Positions 13,845 through 29,009 of a DNA stretch of 64,000 nucleotides are shown here, piece by piece. This stretch comes from Octopus sinensis. Its lineage: Eukaryota. Position 1 is the first letter of the stretch; every line of letters begins with the position of its first letter. Under the pieces are notes generated by a model. That model made no database searches. It had not been told where the DNA came from and was given only the letters and a program-made list of their open reading frames with translations. The DNA is taken from assembly GCF_006345805.1 (NCBI RefSeq), contig NC_043007.1, positions 2,480,001-2,544,000 of the forward strand, read 5' to 3'. The translations under genes were made by a program, and so were the position numbers.

Positions 13845-14020
13845 GGCACAAGACCTTTTTCCGAGGAAGGAAGCTAGTAGATTATATTAACCATAGTCAT
13901 CAGCTGCTATTTATTTTATCGAAAGCCGAACTCCAGTGGCATTTGAACTCAGAATGTAACACTAGAAGAAATGCGCTGAGCATTTTGTCAGGCGTGATAA
14001 AAATTCTGCTAGCTCAACGC
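13845..14020 (-). mobile_element. Degenerate SINE family 2
   Basis: aggcacaagacc...ttattttatcga...atttgaactcagaatgtaa...ctgctagctc. Confidence 0.6.
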
Positions 14021-15441
14021 CTTGACATCTTATTGAAATTTACGTATTTTGTGTCAAATAACATATCTTTCTTCCTGCTGTTACTCTACGTGGGTGTTAT
14101 CTGTCATAACAAAGTAGATTCTACAGATTTTATAGCACGAATACCTAGAAAAGTGTTTGAAATCGTAATGAGGATGTGTGGTAGCTTTTAAGAAGTGGGA
14201 AAGTATTGCAATATTGAGCTGAAATGTCAATGGACCTTGGGAGTATTATTATTTCTCTAGTCTCATATAATAGCAGAAGTTTGAGTTTATTGTTGATGCA
14301 ATATCCCAAATGATTGAAAAACAAAAACGTTAATGATTCAATGAATTAATTCAATCAACAGTTCACATTGTCTCAAGGGAAATCACATAATAATCTCTCC
14401 ATATATTCTGTTACTGTGAATTGAAAGGTGATATATGAAGCATAGAAATTGGTATTGTGTGCATAAAGAATTAAAGATATTTCTAAAGTTGCGAAAATAA
14501 TTTTTAGAGATCTTGGAAATGTTTAAGTATCCGGAAGACTGAAGTTTAGAAAAAATTATTACCTGATTTTTATTCTACGTTTGTTTAACCACTGATAAAG
14601 CGTCAATTGTGTGACTGCGACTTACGATAAAACACATTCTAGCCACGAGCATAGAATCAGGTCTTTGAGAGATAGAATAATTAAGAGAAGAAAAGTCAGT
14701 GATCCAGATATTTTAAAGACGTTTTGGTGGGTATGGGAAAGAGGACACAACTGTTGTTTCGTGGAGATCTAGCAGCCACATATATATCACTTTATCGAAT
14801 AATATTAATATGAATTACTAGCATATGTCATAAAAATATCACTCAGACTCCACAAATAGGTACAGAGCAACGAGATTTCGATTCAGAGTGGAAAATATAG
14901 GAAACGCGAATAAATAAAATTTCAGCATATTATATTCCATAGGTTATTATTTCATTAATGCTTACCATATTGTTTTATCATTAAGTTATGTCATTAGTGG
15001 ATCAATGTTGCTATCCATTACACAGCATTGAATAATGGCAGTCATTACCAATAAATCGTTTCCGGATTAACACGTTTTTCATTATGTTTATTGTAAACGT
15101 TATGACGAAAGATAGAGACAGCATCTTCTCAATCTAATTGCATCAACTTTTCAAAGTGGACAAGCTGATAGAATCAGTAATAAATCTATCACATAATCAT
15201 ACGTGTGTGTATGTGACTACAATAATATATACGTAAGTAATGCAGACCCATATGTATTATTTTTATATACATGCAATAATACTAAGTCACTCAGATAACA
15301 ATATACGTTTATAAACAGACACAATTCAAACATTCAAGACAATTCGCATATTTTCCCTACTCGTACTACATACAAACATAACAACGTATACATAGGCATC
15401 TGCACTAAAAAATGTCGAATTTACATATATTTCTATGTATG

Positions 15442-16022
<581 letters not shown>

Positions 16023-16359
16023 TGCTATATACATAAAGATATGTAATTAATATTATTTACGTTTGTTACAGGTTCATCTTTCCCAATTTACACAGCATCT
16101 ATACACGTTCGCACAGCATGAGTATATACCAGATCACATATACACATGTTACGAATGAAAACAATTAAAAGATACCAAACCACTTTAATAGTAAAACATT
16201 TCAATGGCTATTTCCGTAACTATTATACGATCAGACAATACCAGACTTTCTGGGGTAAAGAAAAACTCAAAGTCACTCTCTTAACGAAGAAACATTTATC
16301 TAGAAGGTACCTATTCAATAAAACCTTTGTTGTTCAATACTTCTTTGATGTACAATAGA

Positions 16360-16361
16360 TA

Positions 16362-16412
<51 letters not shown>

Positions 16413-16486
16413 ATATATATATGCATATATACATATATGTAGTATATATATATATGTATTTGTACATATAATATATGTATATATAT

Positions 16487-16561
<75 letters not shown>

Positions 16562-16780
16562 ATATATATATAATATATATCCATATATATGTATATATAT
16601 GTAAGTATATATAAGTATATGAATACAATCCTATTTATAAAACTATGTATGCATATATCTATTCGTCTTTAGTTGCCATATACACACACACATATATATA
16701 TATAATATATATATGTATATATATATATATAATATAATATACATATATATATATATATGCATACATACATAAAAATATAC
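16360..16780. repeat. Interrupted (TA)n microsatellite
   Basis: Visible directly. Confidence 0.95.
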
Positions 16781-17580
16781 ACACATACAGATATTTATGA
16801 CACACACATGTTTACACACATAGATATTTACATGTACATATCTATATATAACTATATCTATAACTATCTATTTAGCTATATACGTGTGTGTGTATGTCTG
16901 TGTGGAACAATTGTGTTGAAGTGTAATTAAATGGTGCTCAGCTTTCAGATCTTTGAACTGCAATGCCTATTTGTATTCACTCTTTGTTGGAGTTTCCGAA
17001 TTTCTCTCACAATTATTGTATAGCATTTTATTACAATTTATATTATCGTATTGTTATTCAGTTTATTGAATAGATTTATTTATATGTAATGAGAATATTA
17101 AAACAGGAAGTATAATTGGCTCTTCATTGAATATTCTCCCGTTATAAAGTTTCTAAGTATAACAGGAACAACACTTTGGTTTTTCTTTTACTCAACTTGA
17201 AAAGTATGCAGTGCACCAGTTTCCAGAAAGAAGGTTGATCGGATATTTCTGTCACGTATGATTCTTGAACCTGTAATTATTTATAAAATATTTTTAATTC
17301 CTTTCAGATGTCAAGCATCAATAAATTCTACGATATATATATATTTATACTGCAAGGAAAATGAAAAACGGGCTTTAATTACAAATTACGACTTTTGTTT
17401 CAGTGTCAATGTACGAGATTTAAGTTGCGGATTTGTCATTGTATCTTTTACATAAAAAAATATTTTAAAAATAATCATTTAAATAAATAACAATCAGCCA
17501 CAAGCGTGTGTTGGTGCTTCATCGGATAGATTGCTGTTAAATCACATGTGTATTCAGCTCTGGAGATAACTTTGCTGTAT

Positions 17581-17800
17581 TACTCTTTCTCTTTTACTCT
17601 TTTACTTGTTTCAGTAATTTGACTGCGGCCATGCTGGAGCATCGCCTTTAGTCGAGCAACTCGATCCCGGGACTTATTATTTTTGTAAGCCCAGTACTTA
17701 TTCTACCTGTCTCTTTTGCCGAACCACTAAGTGACGGGGACGTAAAGACACCAGCATCGGTTGTGAAGCAATGCTAGGGGGGACAAACACAGACACACAA

Positions 17801-17833
<33 letters not shown>

Positions 17834-18005
17834 CATATATACGACATGCTTCTTTCAGTTTCCATCTACGAAATCCACTCACAAGGTATTGGTCGGCCCG
17901 GGGCTATAGCAGAAGACACTTGCCCAAGATGCCACGATGTGGGACTGAACCCGGAACCATGTGGTTGGTTAGCATGCTACTTACCACACAGCCACTCCTG
18001 CGCCT
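17581..18005 (-). mobile_element. SINE family 1, full length
   Basis: High identity to 4381-4781. Confidence 0.9.
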
Positions 18006-18516
18006 ATGATGGCATAAGGTAGCCGAGAACAGCGTAGGAGCATTTAAATGCCTGATTTAAGGCTATTACCCAGATAATTTAAGCGCGAGAACACACACAC
18101 ATATATACATATACATACATGCATACACACACATACACACACATACATACATACATACATACATACATACATACATACATACATACATACATACATACGT
18201 ACATTCATACATACATATATACATACATGCATACATACATACATCAGAAAGTAGAAAGCTAATTCGAAGACATTGGAACAGTGCGGATAAGTAAAACTTG
18301 CCAGAATTTTATAATTTAAGTATATATGAGCATTTCCAGACACGCAACTATATACATGTAAATACATATATAAAACAAAACGTACAAATCTTCGCGTATA
18401 CATACATACGTACCTACGAACATACATACAAACAAAAAAATGCTCTGTTAATGATGTTGAAATCCCAACCGGCTCTTTCTCTATTGGCAAGAATTCTTGA
18501 AATAAAAACTGAATAA

Positions 18517-18552
<36 letters not shown>

Positions 18553-18929
18553 ACACTCACACACAAACCAAATGAGAAGACAATGGCTGCCTTTAATCCA
18601 TCTCCAACGATCACTTACAATTGTTTCTGCACCAAATCTGCTATCGTTGTCAGTTCACACAAAAGTTCTCCGTCGAAATGTAAGTAATGTTTGCGGTTTT
18701 AAACCCTTAAGTGCTGCTTACTCTGGCCTGCATCAAAAGTGTTCTCTTGTATTGTGTGTCTGCCAGACTTTGAGCTTTGCTTATATGGAGGAGGAAACAA
18801 AATGTAAATGATGAGGAAAATATGAATATTGTGAAAAGATGCACAGGGCAGGTGAAGTGTGAATAACAAAGCAGATAAATTTATGGGTTAGAGGATGAAA
18901 AATCGATAGAAGAGGAAGGAAGAGACGAC

Positions 18930-19004
18930 AAGAAGAAGAAGAAGAAGAAGAAGAAAGAAGAAGAAGAAAGAAGAAGAAGAAGAAGAAGAAGAAGAAGAAG
19001 AAGA
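18930..19004. repeat. (GAA)n microsatellite
   Basis: Visible directly. Confidence 0.95.
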
Positions 19005-19465
19005 ATTTTAAATTGGGCACAAATTTTATGAAACAAATTTTGCTAAGCGCCTGCTGAGGTCATCGATATCGCCTCTGCATGTACAATGTAGAATAAAGCA
19101 AAAACAAAGATAAACCAACTACAAAGTACAATGACAGCAACATAAAATCAGTCTCACCAGGAACCTATTCAGACTACGTATTTATTTGGTCGACATCACC
19201 AGGTATCAACTGCTGTTGTTGTTTCTGTATAACCCTGGACCAACTCTGATAGAGCAGACGCGTGATCAAATGTTTTATATTAATGCCCCACATTTATTTT
19301 TCAAAATGTAGTATGTCTAAGAAAATATTCTTTAATATTTCCTTCCTCTCTTCCAAGACAGCAGGATATTATATAAAGAATATTCAGCTACTATTTCTTG
19401 CAGAGAGAACGACCAACCAGTGGCTTCCTAGCTGTCTCTGTATTATATCTTAGGAGTAAAATGTA

Positions 19466-19712
19466 TACTCTTTTACTCTTTTACTTGTTTCAATCATTTG
19501 ACTGTGGCCATGCTGGAGCACCGCCTTTAGTCGAGCAAGTCGACCCCAGGATTTATTCCTTATAAGCCTAGTATTTATTCTATCGGACTCTTTTGCCGAA
19601 CCGCTAAGTTACGGGGACGTAAGCACACCGACATCGGTTGCCAAGCGATTTTGGGGGGACACAGATACACAAACACACACACACACGCACACACACACAC
19701 ACACACACACAC

Positions 19713-19777
<65 letters not shown>

Positions 19778-19937
19778 CAGGCTTTTTCAGTTTCCGTCTA
19801 CCAATTCCACTCACAAGGCTTTGGTCGGGCCGAGGCTATGGTAGAAGACACTTGCTCAAGGTGCCACGCAGTGGGAATGAACCCGGAACCATGTGGTTGG
19901 TAAGCAAGCTACTTACCACACAGCCACTCCTGTGCCT
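19466..19937 (-). mobile_element. SINE family 1, full length, expanded internal microsatellite
   Basis: High identity to the other copies; long internal (CA)n(TA)n. Confidence 0.9.
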
Positions 19938-20999
19938 TGTTGCTTGTTGCTTTTTGTAAGCACAGAGGAACGTAGTTGTAGAATTAAGTAGACATAGGGA
20001 AGATCAGAGGTCAGATTAAGTGCATTGGTGTCCCTAGATAGTATCTTCTATCGTAAATGTTGCTGGAATCATGATGTGCTTAACTGACGTCACACTCTAA
20101 AGGTATTGGTTGACTTTAGTTGTCAATTCGTTTGCGGACACTGCCCATGACATCACATCACTGGGGAGAAAATATTAAACCAGCGAAGATTTTTGATTTG
20201 ATGCGCAGCGAAATATTTCTCAATGAATGACTTCATGAAATCACCGGAAGATTGAATGAGAGGAACGGTGATGTGGCCTATACGTGCACTATTGCGCAAA
20301 CTAAGAAGAAAAATCAGCTAAGTACCCCTGATATCACAACTTACTGTTAAATTTGAGATTACATTGCATAATGGAATACTAAACACTTTACAGGGGAGAA
20401 AATATTATGAGGGTTCTGAGGGGCACTGCTAGAATGCCTTGTGTACATAATTCTGTTCTTCCTTGGTGGACTTGGTGTTAATCAATAATAACTAAAGGTG
20501 TAATATATCTTTAACGTCCATACGAACGTCTGGAAAATATCCGGTGTTATGATCTATGAATATAATACTGCTGTTGATATTGTTTTTGTTGTTGGTGAGT
20601 CCCAGTGCTAATGTGATTTGCAAGACCTATAATCAAAGGCATTGCATCGATTATTATCCCGTTATATTTTATGTATTACCGCAGTGAGATGATCGGATAT
20701 GTTATAGAAATGTTAAGCTGTCGTGACGTAGGGTATTCTCAAATTTTCCGTAATCGGTACTGGTTTTGAAGGAGAAAATATATCTATATCTTGAAGGTAT
20801 TTTATCATTTCCGAATATAAACAAGAAATAATTAATCTAGCTTGCAATAACTTTTCTATTGTTCCCTATGTCTATGCAAAATGTTTGCGAATGCACCAAC
20901 ATTGTTTATGCAGCAGTATCCAGCAGAATTCAATGAACGTTTGGAAGGAGAAATATTGATAGTTGAATTCTGAGTGTCAGAGACATTTTCATTTATTCA

Positions 21000-21420
21000 T
21001 TGTACCATCTCTCACAAGTTATTATTCTGAATCACAAAGTAATTTTGATTTAACTATATGAGTAATGGAATCAGAAAGTGAAGAATGTTTGCGTAGAATT
21101 ATATGGAATTGCGTGAGCAAATGCTAAGTGTAAATTTATTTTTATTCCTGTTTGTCAGAAGATGCCTATTTGTAAGGTTTGTCGCTAAAATATGGATACA
21201 GCTCATCCTGAACATGTGATTTGCAAGATAATGTCGGATTGAACATGCTAAAATAGATTTACAAAATGGTATTTAAATACCATCCGGCACTACCTTTGAT
21301 CTAAGTGCCAATAGCCTGCTTGTCATGGACGAATGTACAACTGCTGCCAACATTGTGCGACAAAATAAGTGATGAGAATTTTGCTGAACACAAAGAAATG
21401 TGTATCTCCGTAGGGATTTT
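21000..21420 (+). pseudogene. Possible decayed pogo/Tigger DDE transposase
   Basis: SLLVMDE at 21313 resembles the pogo motif SLLVMDxxxAH; little other support. Confidence 0.25.
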
Positions 21421-21584
21421 GTGCTACATTCTATGAATAATTTGGCATTAACTGGTACAGTGTGAAATAAAATCAGCTTAGTTTTTGTTTAATAAATAAT
21501 CTTTAAATCGATTATTTTATAAAATAATCCGTCATGTATATATCACGTCATGTATATATACATGACTAATATATATCAGTTGAG

Positions 21585-21996
21585 GGCGGCGAGCTGGTAG
21601 AATCGTTAGCGTGCCGGGCGAAATGTATAGCGGTATTTCGTCTGCCGCTACGTTCTGAGTTCAAATTCCGCCGAAATCGACTTTGCCTTTCATCCTTTCG
21701 GGGTCGATAAATTAAGTACCAGTTACGCACTGGGGTCTATGTAATCGAATTAATCCGTTTGTCTGTGCTTGTTTGTCCTCTCTGTGTTTAGCCCCTTGTG
21801 GGTAGTAAAGAAATAGGTATTTCGTCTGCCGCTATGTTCTGAGTTCAAATTCCGCCGAGGTCGACTTTGCCTTTCATCCTTTCGTGGTCGATAAATAAAG
21901 TACCAGTAACGCATAGGGTATGTAATCGACTAAATCCCTTTGTCTGTCCTTGTTTGTCCCCTATATGTTTAGCCCCTTGTGGGCAACAAAGAAATA
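21585..21996 (+). mobile_element. SINE family 2 dimer (tail B), possibly Meta/MESC-domain type
   Basis: A-box TGGTAGAATCG, B-box GAGTTCAAATT, core gtcgactttgcctttcatcctttcggggtcgataaattaagtacc; the second unit restarts at GGTATTTCGTCTGCC (21816). Confidence 0.85.
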
Positions 21997-23197
21997 TAAT
22001 ATATATCATTCATGCATTCGGTCGCTTGCATCAGTGAAAATTTAGCAATTTTCCCCGCAATTGCTTTCCCACCTTTTCTTATCCTATTTATAAATGTTTG
22101 AAGCATATTTCTGATTTACTGAGCCTATACTTGCTCCTATTCTACTTATGCTACATTATTGGAAAACCTGATGCAATTTGCGTTCACTTGTTTGGAAAAA
22201 TGTTATTCTGGTAGGCATTCAATTGTAATTTATCTGCAGCTTTAGCGCATTGAATGTTAATTTACAATAACAAGACAGACAGAAAGGAGAATGAATTTCA
22301 GACATTCTTATCTGACCTAAGATTCCTCTACCGACGGAACTACTACCAAAACTAGATTAGCATCGCAAGAAACATAATATCTTTAATTCAATATTTATAA
22401 AAGTTGACCGCTTATAGAGTTTGAAGATAAAACCACGTTTCCTATATATACCATTGTACTCCATTAAAAAGCACTCGAGTAGGAAGGTCTTTCATTTACA
22501 TTCAGTTTATCCACGAGGCCAATGTTCTTTGTTTACTTCATTAGTGTTACTTCTATGAATATGAAATAGCTTCTATACTCTCGTCGACAAAAATAGTCGC
22601 TAAATTTGATAACAGGTTTTGTTCTAAAGAGAAAGAAATGCCTTACATCCAAAAATGGTGGTTTGAGCCAGTTTTCATATTCTACTTCAGTAAATGGAAT
22701 CCATATTACCGAGAAATCAATAATTATTATATTACGGTATTGCCCGATCTCTACACAATAAAGACATATACTTACTCATATATAAATGCATACTTCTATA
22801 CAGAGAAGCGCATGTACACATACACACACACATTAGATTTGAGTTTACACTTTTTTCAGAACTTATAGGAAATCATGAAAGAAAAGGTTTTTGTACAGAT
22901 ATTACTGCCATGCCTAGTTCAGATATTCCATTTGTTCAAAATATTCAATTCCATGAAATCGATTATTGAGTCCTCTACAGGAAGTAAATCTGCCTGAATT
23001 CGAAATATCCCCATCCTGTAGCTACTAACTGTAGATTTATTTTAGTTCATTCATGAATCGGAAAGGAATATTTCTGAGTTAAATTCCATTAGCTTTCCAG
23101 CAATCCCCAAAAGAAATAATTTATGTTGATGGGTATTGCTGTTTCATTCATTTTCGATCTCTTTGTCGCTTCTGTATCTTTTATAACATTATATTCT

Positions 23198-23229
<32 letters not shown>

Positions 23230-23279
23230 AATAATGATAATAATGTCGTGTATGTCAACAACAAAATGAAACTATTGAT

Positions 23280-23620
23280 CATGTTGACTCCATGTGCAGT
23301 CTTGCAATCAGAGAAAAGAATAATTATTGTTAAACGAGATATTTTATTAGAAACCTCAATTACAATAGGGTCAAAGACGAGGGAAAATATCTGGGGAAAA
23401 AGTACCCATCCCCTGTCTATGTTCCAACATCTCTCAACTTCAACAACAACTATGCTGATCAGATTTTACCCCTAATGACGATACAACTGTACAAAATGAT
23501 GATTTACTACTTGTAGTGTAACGATTTCAAACAGGCAAGGGGAACATATCGCGAAGTCAAAAAATACTCATTTTACCCCAGTTACAAATATGCTTCCCAC
23601 CTCAATATCTTGATAATTTT
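23280..23620 (+). pseudogene. Possible decayed R4/Dong-type LINE restriction-like endonuclease region
   Basis: DFTPNDDTTVQNDDLLLVV (from 23462) resembles WDFxIxTDxxIxNRPDIVV; lies next to a (CAA)n(TAA)n tract at 23198-23245. Confidence 0.3.
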
Positions 23621-24338
23621 TATACGGACGAATTTTCTAATAGTTTGTGTCAATTATACATTTTAGTAAGAAATTTGGCTCCTGTAGTCTCCATTGCTGA
23701 AAATCCTTTCTTACGAAAAAATATACAGAAACACAATAATTGCTAGTTTGTGATTTTACTTTTCCATCATTAATTTTTTGTGAATTTATCAAACTTAAAT
23801 CTTTTCCTTGGACAGATACTTCTTTCACTTTTCGAAAAAATTCTAATTGTTTTTTTAATTTTTGTTTCTTGTTAATTATTTTTGCGGAGAGACAAACGAA
23901 CGAGAAGCTTAACGTATTATTTTAACATATTTGTGTCTTTCTGTAAATTAATTTCCAATTTAAAATACTCTTTTTTTCGTTTCAGTTCATTTTAATTCAT
24001 ATACTTGGTGTGCAAAACTCATAACACTTTGTACTTATATCTGTATAAGCTAGGATCGACACACTCAGACCAATCAAATGGACGCTCTTTTAAACATTCA
24101 CGCACATACATAAACACGCACAAAATATATGTATGTATATCATGTGTGTGTGTATATATATATATATATTATATGTATATGTGTGTATCTATCTATATGT
24201 TTATAAATGTGTATGTGTATGTTTCCTTGGTAACGTAGTTCTGTTTTTTTGTCTTCACGATAATTTGATATTTTATACTTTCAATTGTTCTTTCATTTCA
24301 TCTTGCAAAAATACATTTTTGATAAAAGAGGATATTTC

Positions 24339-24396
<58 letters not shown>

Positions 24397-24425
24397 TGAT
24401 GATAATAATAACAATAACAATGATA
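24339..24425. repeat. (TAA)n microsatellite
   Basis: Visible directly. Confidence 0.95.
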
Positions 24426-24621
24426 AGAACTATTAAAATACTTGCTAAGTTGATTGTATATTGCTAAGAATACCACAGAAAAAGATGATACGCTTAAAAA
24501 AAGATTGGAAATGTCTTGCGTGTATTTATACGATAATACTAATCAATTTTTTTATGTATTCAACAACTCTGTAACTTGGATGTATTTAGTTCATATAGTA
24601 CAATAAGTTTCTGCTTTCCGC

Positions 24622-24638
24622 ATTATTATTCTTATTAC

Positions 24639-24670
<32 letters not shown>

Positions 24671-24693
24671 TATTATTATTATTATTATTATTA

Positions 24694-24745
<52 letters not shown>
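24622..24745. repeat. (TTA)n microsatellite
   Basis: Visible directly. Confidence 0.95.
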
Positions 24746-24750
24746 GCAAA

Positions 24751-25113
24751 GGCGGCGAGCTGGCAGAATCGTTAGCGCATTGGACGAAATGATTAGCGGT
24801 ATTTCGTCTGGCGCTACGTTCTCAGTTCAAATTCCGCTGAGGTCGACTTCGCCTTTCATTCTTCCGAGGTCGATGAAATAAGTACCAGTTACGCACTGGG
24901 GTAGATTTAATCGACTTTCTCCCTTCCCCCCAAATTTCCAAGGCCTTGTGCCTAGAGTAGAAATGATTAATATTATTGTAAAGGCGGCGAGTTGGCAGAA
25001 ACGTTAGCACGCCGGGCGAAATGTGTAGTGGTATTTCGTCTGCCGTTACGTTCTGAGTTCAAATCCCGTCGAGGTCGACTTTGCCTTTCACCCTTTCGGG
25101 ATGAAAGGCAAAG
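24751..25113 (+). mobile_element. SINE family 2: full copy (tail A) plus truncated second copy
   Basis: Heads ggcggcgag(c/t)tggcagaa at 24751 and 24983; tail A aggccttgtgcctagagtagaa. Confidence 0.85.
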
Positions 25114-25332
25114 AGCCCATAATGGTCATAACCCTTCCATTTTCCCTCATTCTAATGTATTTTTCCAAATAAATAATATATATTACTGTCGAAAGAGAAT
25201 GACAAAACGATATAAAAGTACATATATATTTATACACACACAGACATACACACACACACACACGCACACACTCATATGCATATATGTACGCGTGCGCGCA
25301 CACGTGTATGTTGGTATGTGGGTGAGTCTGTA

Positions 25333-25547
25333 TACGAGGTAGTGCTGAAAATTTCCTGGATTGGGGTAAAAAAAATAAGGGAGGATCAGTTAATTATGAT
25401 TTTATTCAACTTAGTCTCCTTTCAGATTCAAACACTTATAGCCGTCCATCATTTTTCTAGACCTTGTAAATAAAGTCGGAACTTTGGGCCTTCTACCAGG
25501 CTCTTCGCAAAACCATCAAAGCCAGGAATTTCCAGCACACCCTCGTG
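25333..25547. mobile_element. Tc1/mariner-type MITE
   Basis: TACGAGGTAGTGCTGAAAATTTCCTGG ... CCAGGAATTTCCAGCACACCCTCGTG; homologous to 3450-3669. Confidence 0.75.
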
Positions 25548-27169
25548 TATACATACATGCAAACACGCACGCACGCACACATACACTCACGCATATACAC
25601 ATACATACATACATACATACATACATACATACACATACATACATACATACATACATACATACATACATACGTACATACATACATACATACATGCATATAT
25701 ACATTTTACTCTTGTATTGCACTATACATTCTATAGGTTTTGTAGAAGGATACGTTGAAGCGATTTGTCTATGAGTACCGCTGGATTACTTGAATTCATA
25801 CACTGTGACTTATATTCACATATACATATATATAAGCATACACTCGAACATACATATATATGTGTGTGTGTGTGTGTGTGTGTTGTGTGGGCATACACAC
25901 ACAAACACACGCACATATAATAATATATAAATGTATAGATCGATAAACGGATACATAAACAGATAGATGAATAGATAGATAAATTGAGAGATTGAGAGAT
26001 AGATAGATAGAGTGAGAGATTGACGCGTCTGTGTGTTTTCCTTAATCATCCTACATTTCTGCAAGAAATTTTTATGGCACTAATTTTATTCTCGAAAACC
26101 TAATTCCTAATGTGAAAAATGCGCAAGTTCATAGAAATTATTAAGTATTATCGCATCTCAACTTCGTTATGCGTTTTCTATTTATAAAACCTTAAACTAT
26201 CAGATTATTGATCAGACTTTTTCTTTCGAAGAATCTATAATTTAGATTTGTTAGATACACTTTGAACTAGAAACTTGAAATAGATTAATCTTGTCTGTAA
26301 ACATTTCCTTTGACATCATCGTTAGCCTTTTTTCTTTTATATTCACTTAATAAATATAATATATAATATATTAAAGCCTTTCTATAACTATATCTATAAG
26401 GGTCTCTTACATCTCTCTGTCTCTCTTTCACTCACTCACTCACACTTCATTCGTTCTTTCCTTCCATCCCTCCTCTCCCTCTCTAGTGAAAATGGTATGC
26501 AATTTTTATTTATGAAATCTGTAATACGAAACCTTTGAAAATTATAGCTTCAATTTACTGAACGAAAATTATGCCCTCTCGTTTCTGGTCACAAGAACGC
26601 ATGGTTAGCAAAAATACAGCATGAAACTTAGAAATTTTGACAAAACGAAGACCAGATGTAACATCGAAATACCAACATTTACCTTATTAGCTGAAGTAAA
26701 TAATACGTTTCATATAATCCAATGACTCATTTAGCAAAGGTTTAATCATAAATGTCAAATTAATACCTTACTTTCTAGGATCCTGGAAGGTATCATATAA
26801 ATGAACTTCAGGAGAGGGACACAAGTATCTATGAATGAAATTAATTTGATTTAAGGAGAGTTGCTTGCTCACTTACTTTGCATTAAATAAGGTCGTCACT
26901 TCGTGCTTTCTGAAATACCAGAACGGGAGAAAGGCCATTCATATCGACTACAGTTAAAAGGGAAATTATATAGAATGAGATATTATTAAAGAATGGTGAA
27001 CCAGAAAATATGACCGTTATATATTTTAATCCTCTTATAATGAAAACCTGGTTTCAAAGAATTACAAACTTAGTTGTGAAATGACCTCTCACTTGTTTAC
27101 AATTTACTTCTGTAAATCAGATATGATACAGCACGTGATATCAATTTATTGTCTGAGAATATGTGTAAT

Positions 27170-27176
27170 GTCTATG

Positions 27177-27208
<32 letters not shown>

Positions 27209-27345
27209 AGTGCATATACTTCTAACGTATATATAAATATACAAAAGTACATTTACACTCATATATATATATATACACACATATATATATCTGTATATAT
27301 ATGTGTGTATGTATATATATATATATGTATATATATATATGTATG

Positions 27346-27392
<47 letters not shown>

Positions 27393-27431
27393 CATACATA
27401 TATATACATATATATATATATCTGTGTATAT

Positions 27432-27462
<31 letters not shown>

Positions 27463-27470
27463 TATATTTT
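27170..27470. repeat. Interrupted (TA)n microsatellite
   Basis: Visible directly. Confidence 0.9.
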
Positions 27471-27489
27471 AAAAACTTTCCCTAGACTT

Positions 27490-28060
27490 TTCAATTTTAT
27501 CTATACGATTTTTTTAAGACACATTTTAATCCGTCTCGCAATAATACGATTGACTTAAGCATGCCATTACTGAAAGTTTAATTCAAATCATTATTCCTTA
27601 ATCTCGAGAGTCATTCTGTTTATCTCAGCACTTCAACTCCCAAATGGCGACAGCTGCATAACTTTTATTTCCCGAACATACCTTTATAGGAAATATTGTG
27701 CCAATGTCCTACCGTCTCTCTTCATTCTGTCTGCGGCGTCAATTTATGTCTCTGTTTGATTTTCACGTATATTAAGAAGATTATTTTATGTTATTCTAAT
27801 CCCTAATGTTTAGCTAACATTTCTCCTATTCTATTTTAAAATTTCCATATGATTCTAATACTTTAGAGTAAGCTGTTTCTTATATAGTGTGTATTATGGA
27901 GATTTGTGCTAGAAAATTTAATATATATATATATTGGCTTTTCAGAAAATATTTGCGTTTATAAAATATCTGCTGATGAGGTTTGTTGAAACACTACCGA
28001 AATGCGACAGCAACATTTCCTGCAAGGGGCACAAGAAGAAAAAATGACAACATTGAACAA
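27490..28060 (+). mobile_element. Decayed PLE 3' region with degenerate hammerhead
   Basis: LSQHFNSQ near 27620 resembles the GIY-YIG C-terminal HFN motif; ctg-CTGATGA-ggt...acc-GAAA-tgcg-acag at 27970-28010. Confidence 0.45.
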
Positions 28061-28770
28061 ACCCTTATATTAATTAGTTCTAAACCTTAGCAAAATTACT
28101 CTCGAAATACCATTTCTTTATACTTCGTAGTCTGAGAAACAAAAGAAAACAAATAACATTTGAAATAAAAACATGAAAATACATTCCTTTCTGAACCGGA
28201 GTATATGTCTTGTTTCTATCTTCTGAAGCGTATCAAAGAACATATTACGCCTTAGTTCGTTCTCCAGTTTTACGCAGTTAATATCTTTTAGCAGAAGTAT
28301 TGTACTCAGCACTTCAATATATTATAAAAACAAAAAAAACCGTTCGTTGTTACAGTACGGTCTGGCGGTTACTTACAAGTGATTATAATTCTGTCACGTA
28401 ATATCAAATTCCAACAAAGTATTGTAAATGGACAGTTTGAACATTAGGGTATATTTATCGGATAGGGATGTCGAAGCACCAGTGACTAGGTACAAACGTC
28501 CGACATTTTGGCAAAGTTTTGTGTAATATTTGAGCATATTCACGTATTCGTTATATCGTAAATGATAACTTCCAACATGCCGATGTAATATATGAAATTC
28601 AGTAAAGACTCTTTCATTTTTCTGTGTGTGAGCTATTTAGAACGTTACAATACCTTTCAAGTAAATGTTCACATACTTTGAATAAAATGAATAACAAATT
28701 ACAATGATAGAAATAATATATTTCTAAATCTCTCCGAAAGATTTATGCAGTAGCAGCACGATAAAGTGAA

Positions 28771-29009
28771 AGTATGTTGTCCACTTAATATGAAAGTCCC
28801 TTAAAAGGGAAGAATGCTACTGTTACTTAGCCCTAGGAAACACCATTTCCTGTTGGACTTGACACATTTTCTGTGTCCTTATCTCGACTTTGAAAACGTA
28901 AGGACACAGGAAATGTGTCAAGCCCAGCGGGAAACACTGTTTCCTAGGGCCAAATAACAGTAGCATTCTTCCCTTTTATGGGACTGTCACATGAAGTTGA
29001 CAACATGCT
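28771..29009. mobile_element. Hairpin MITE-like element, ~110-bp inverted arms
   Basis: 28771-28881 is the imperfect reverse complement of 28899-29009. Confidence 0.75.

Noticed and set aside
16360-16600. Single-base phase shifts within (TA)n as a signal
   Set aside because: Indistinguishable from slippage or sequencing error.
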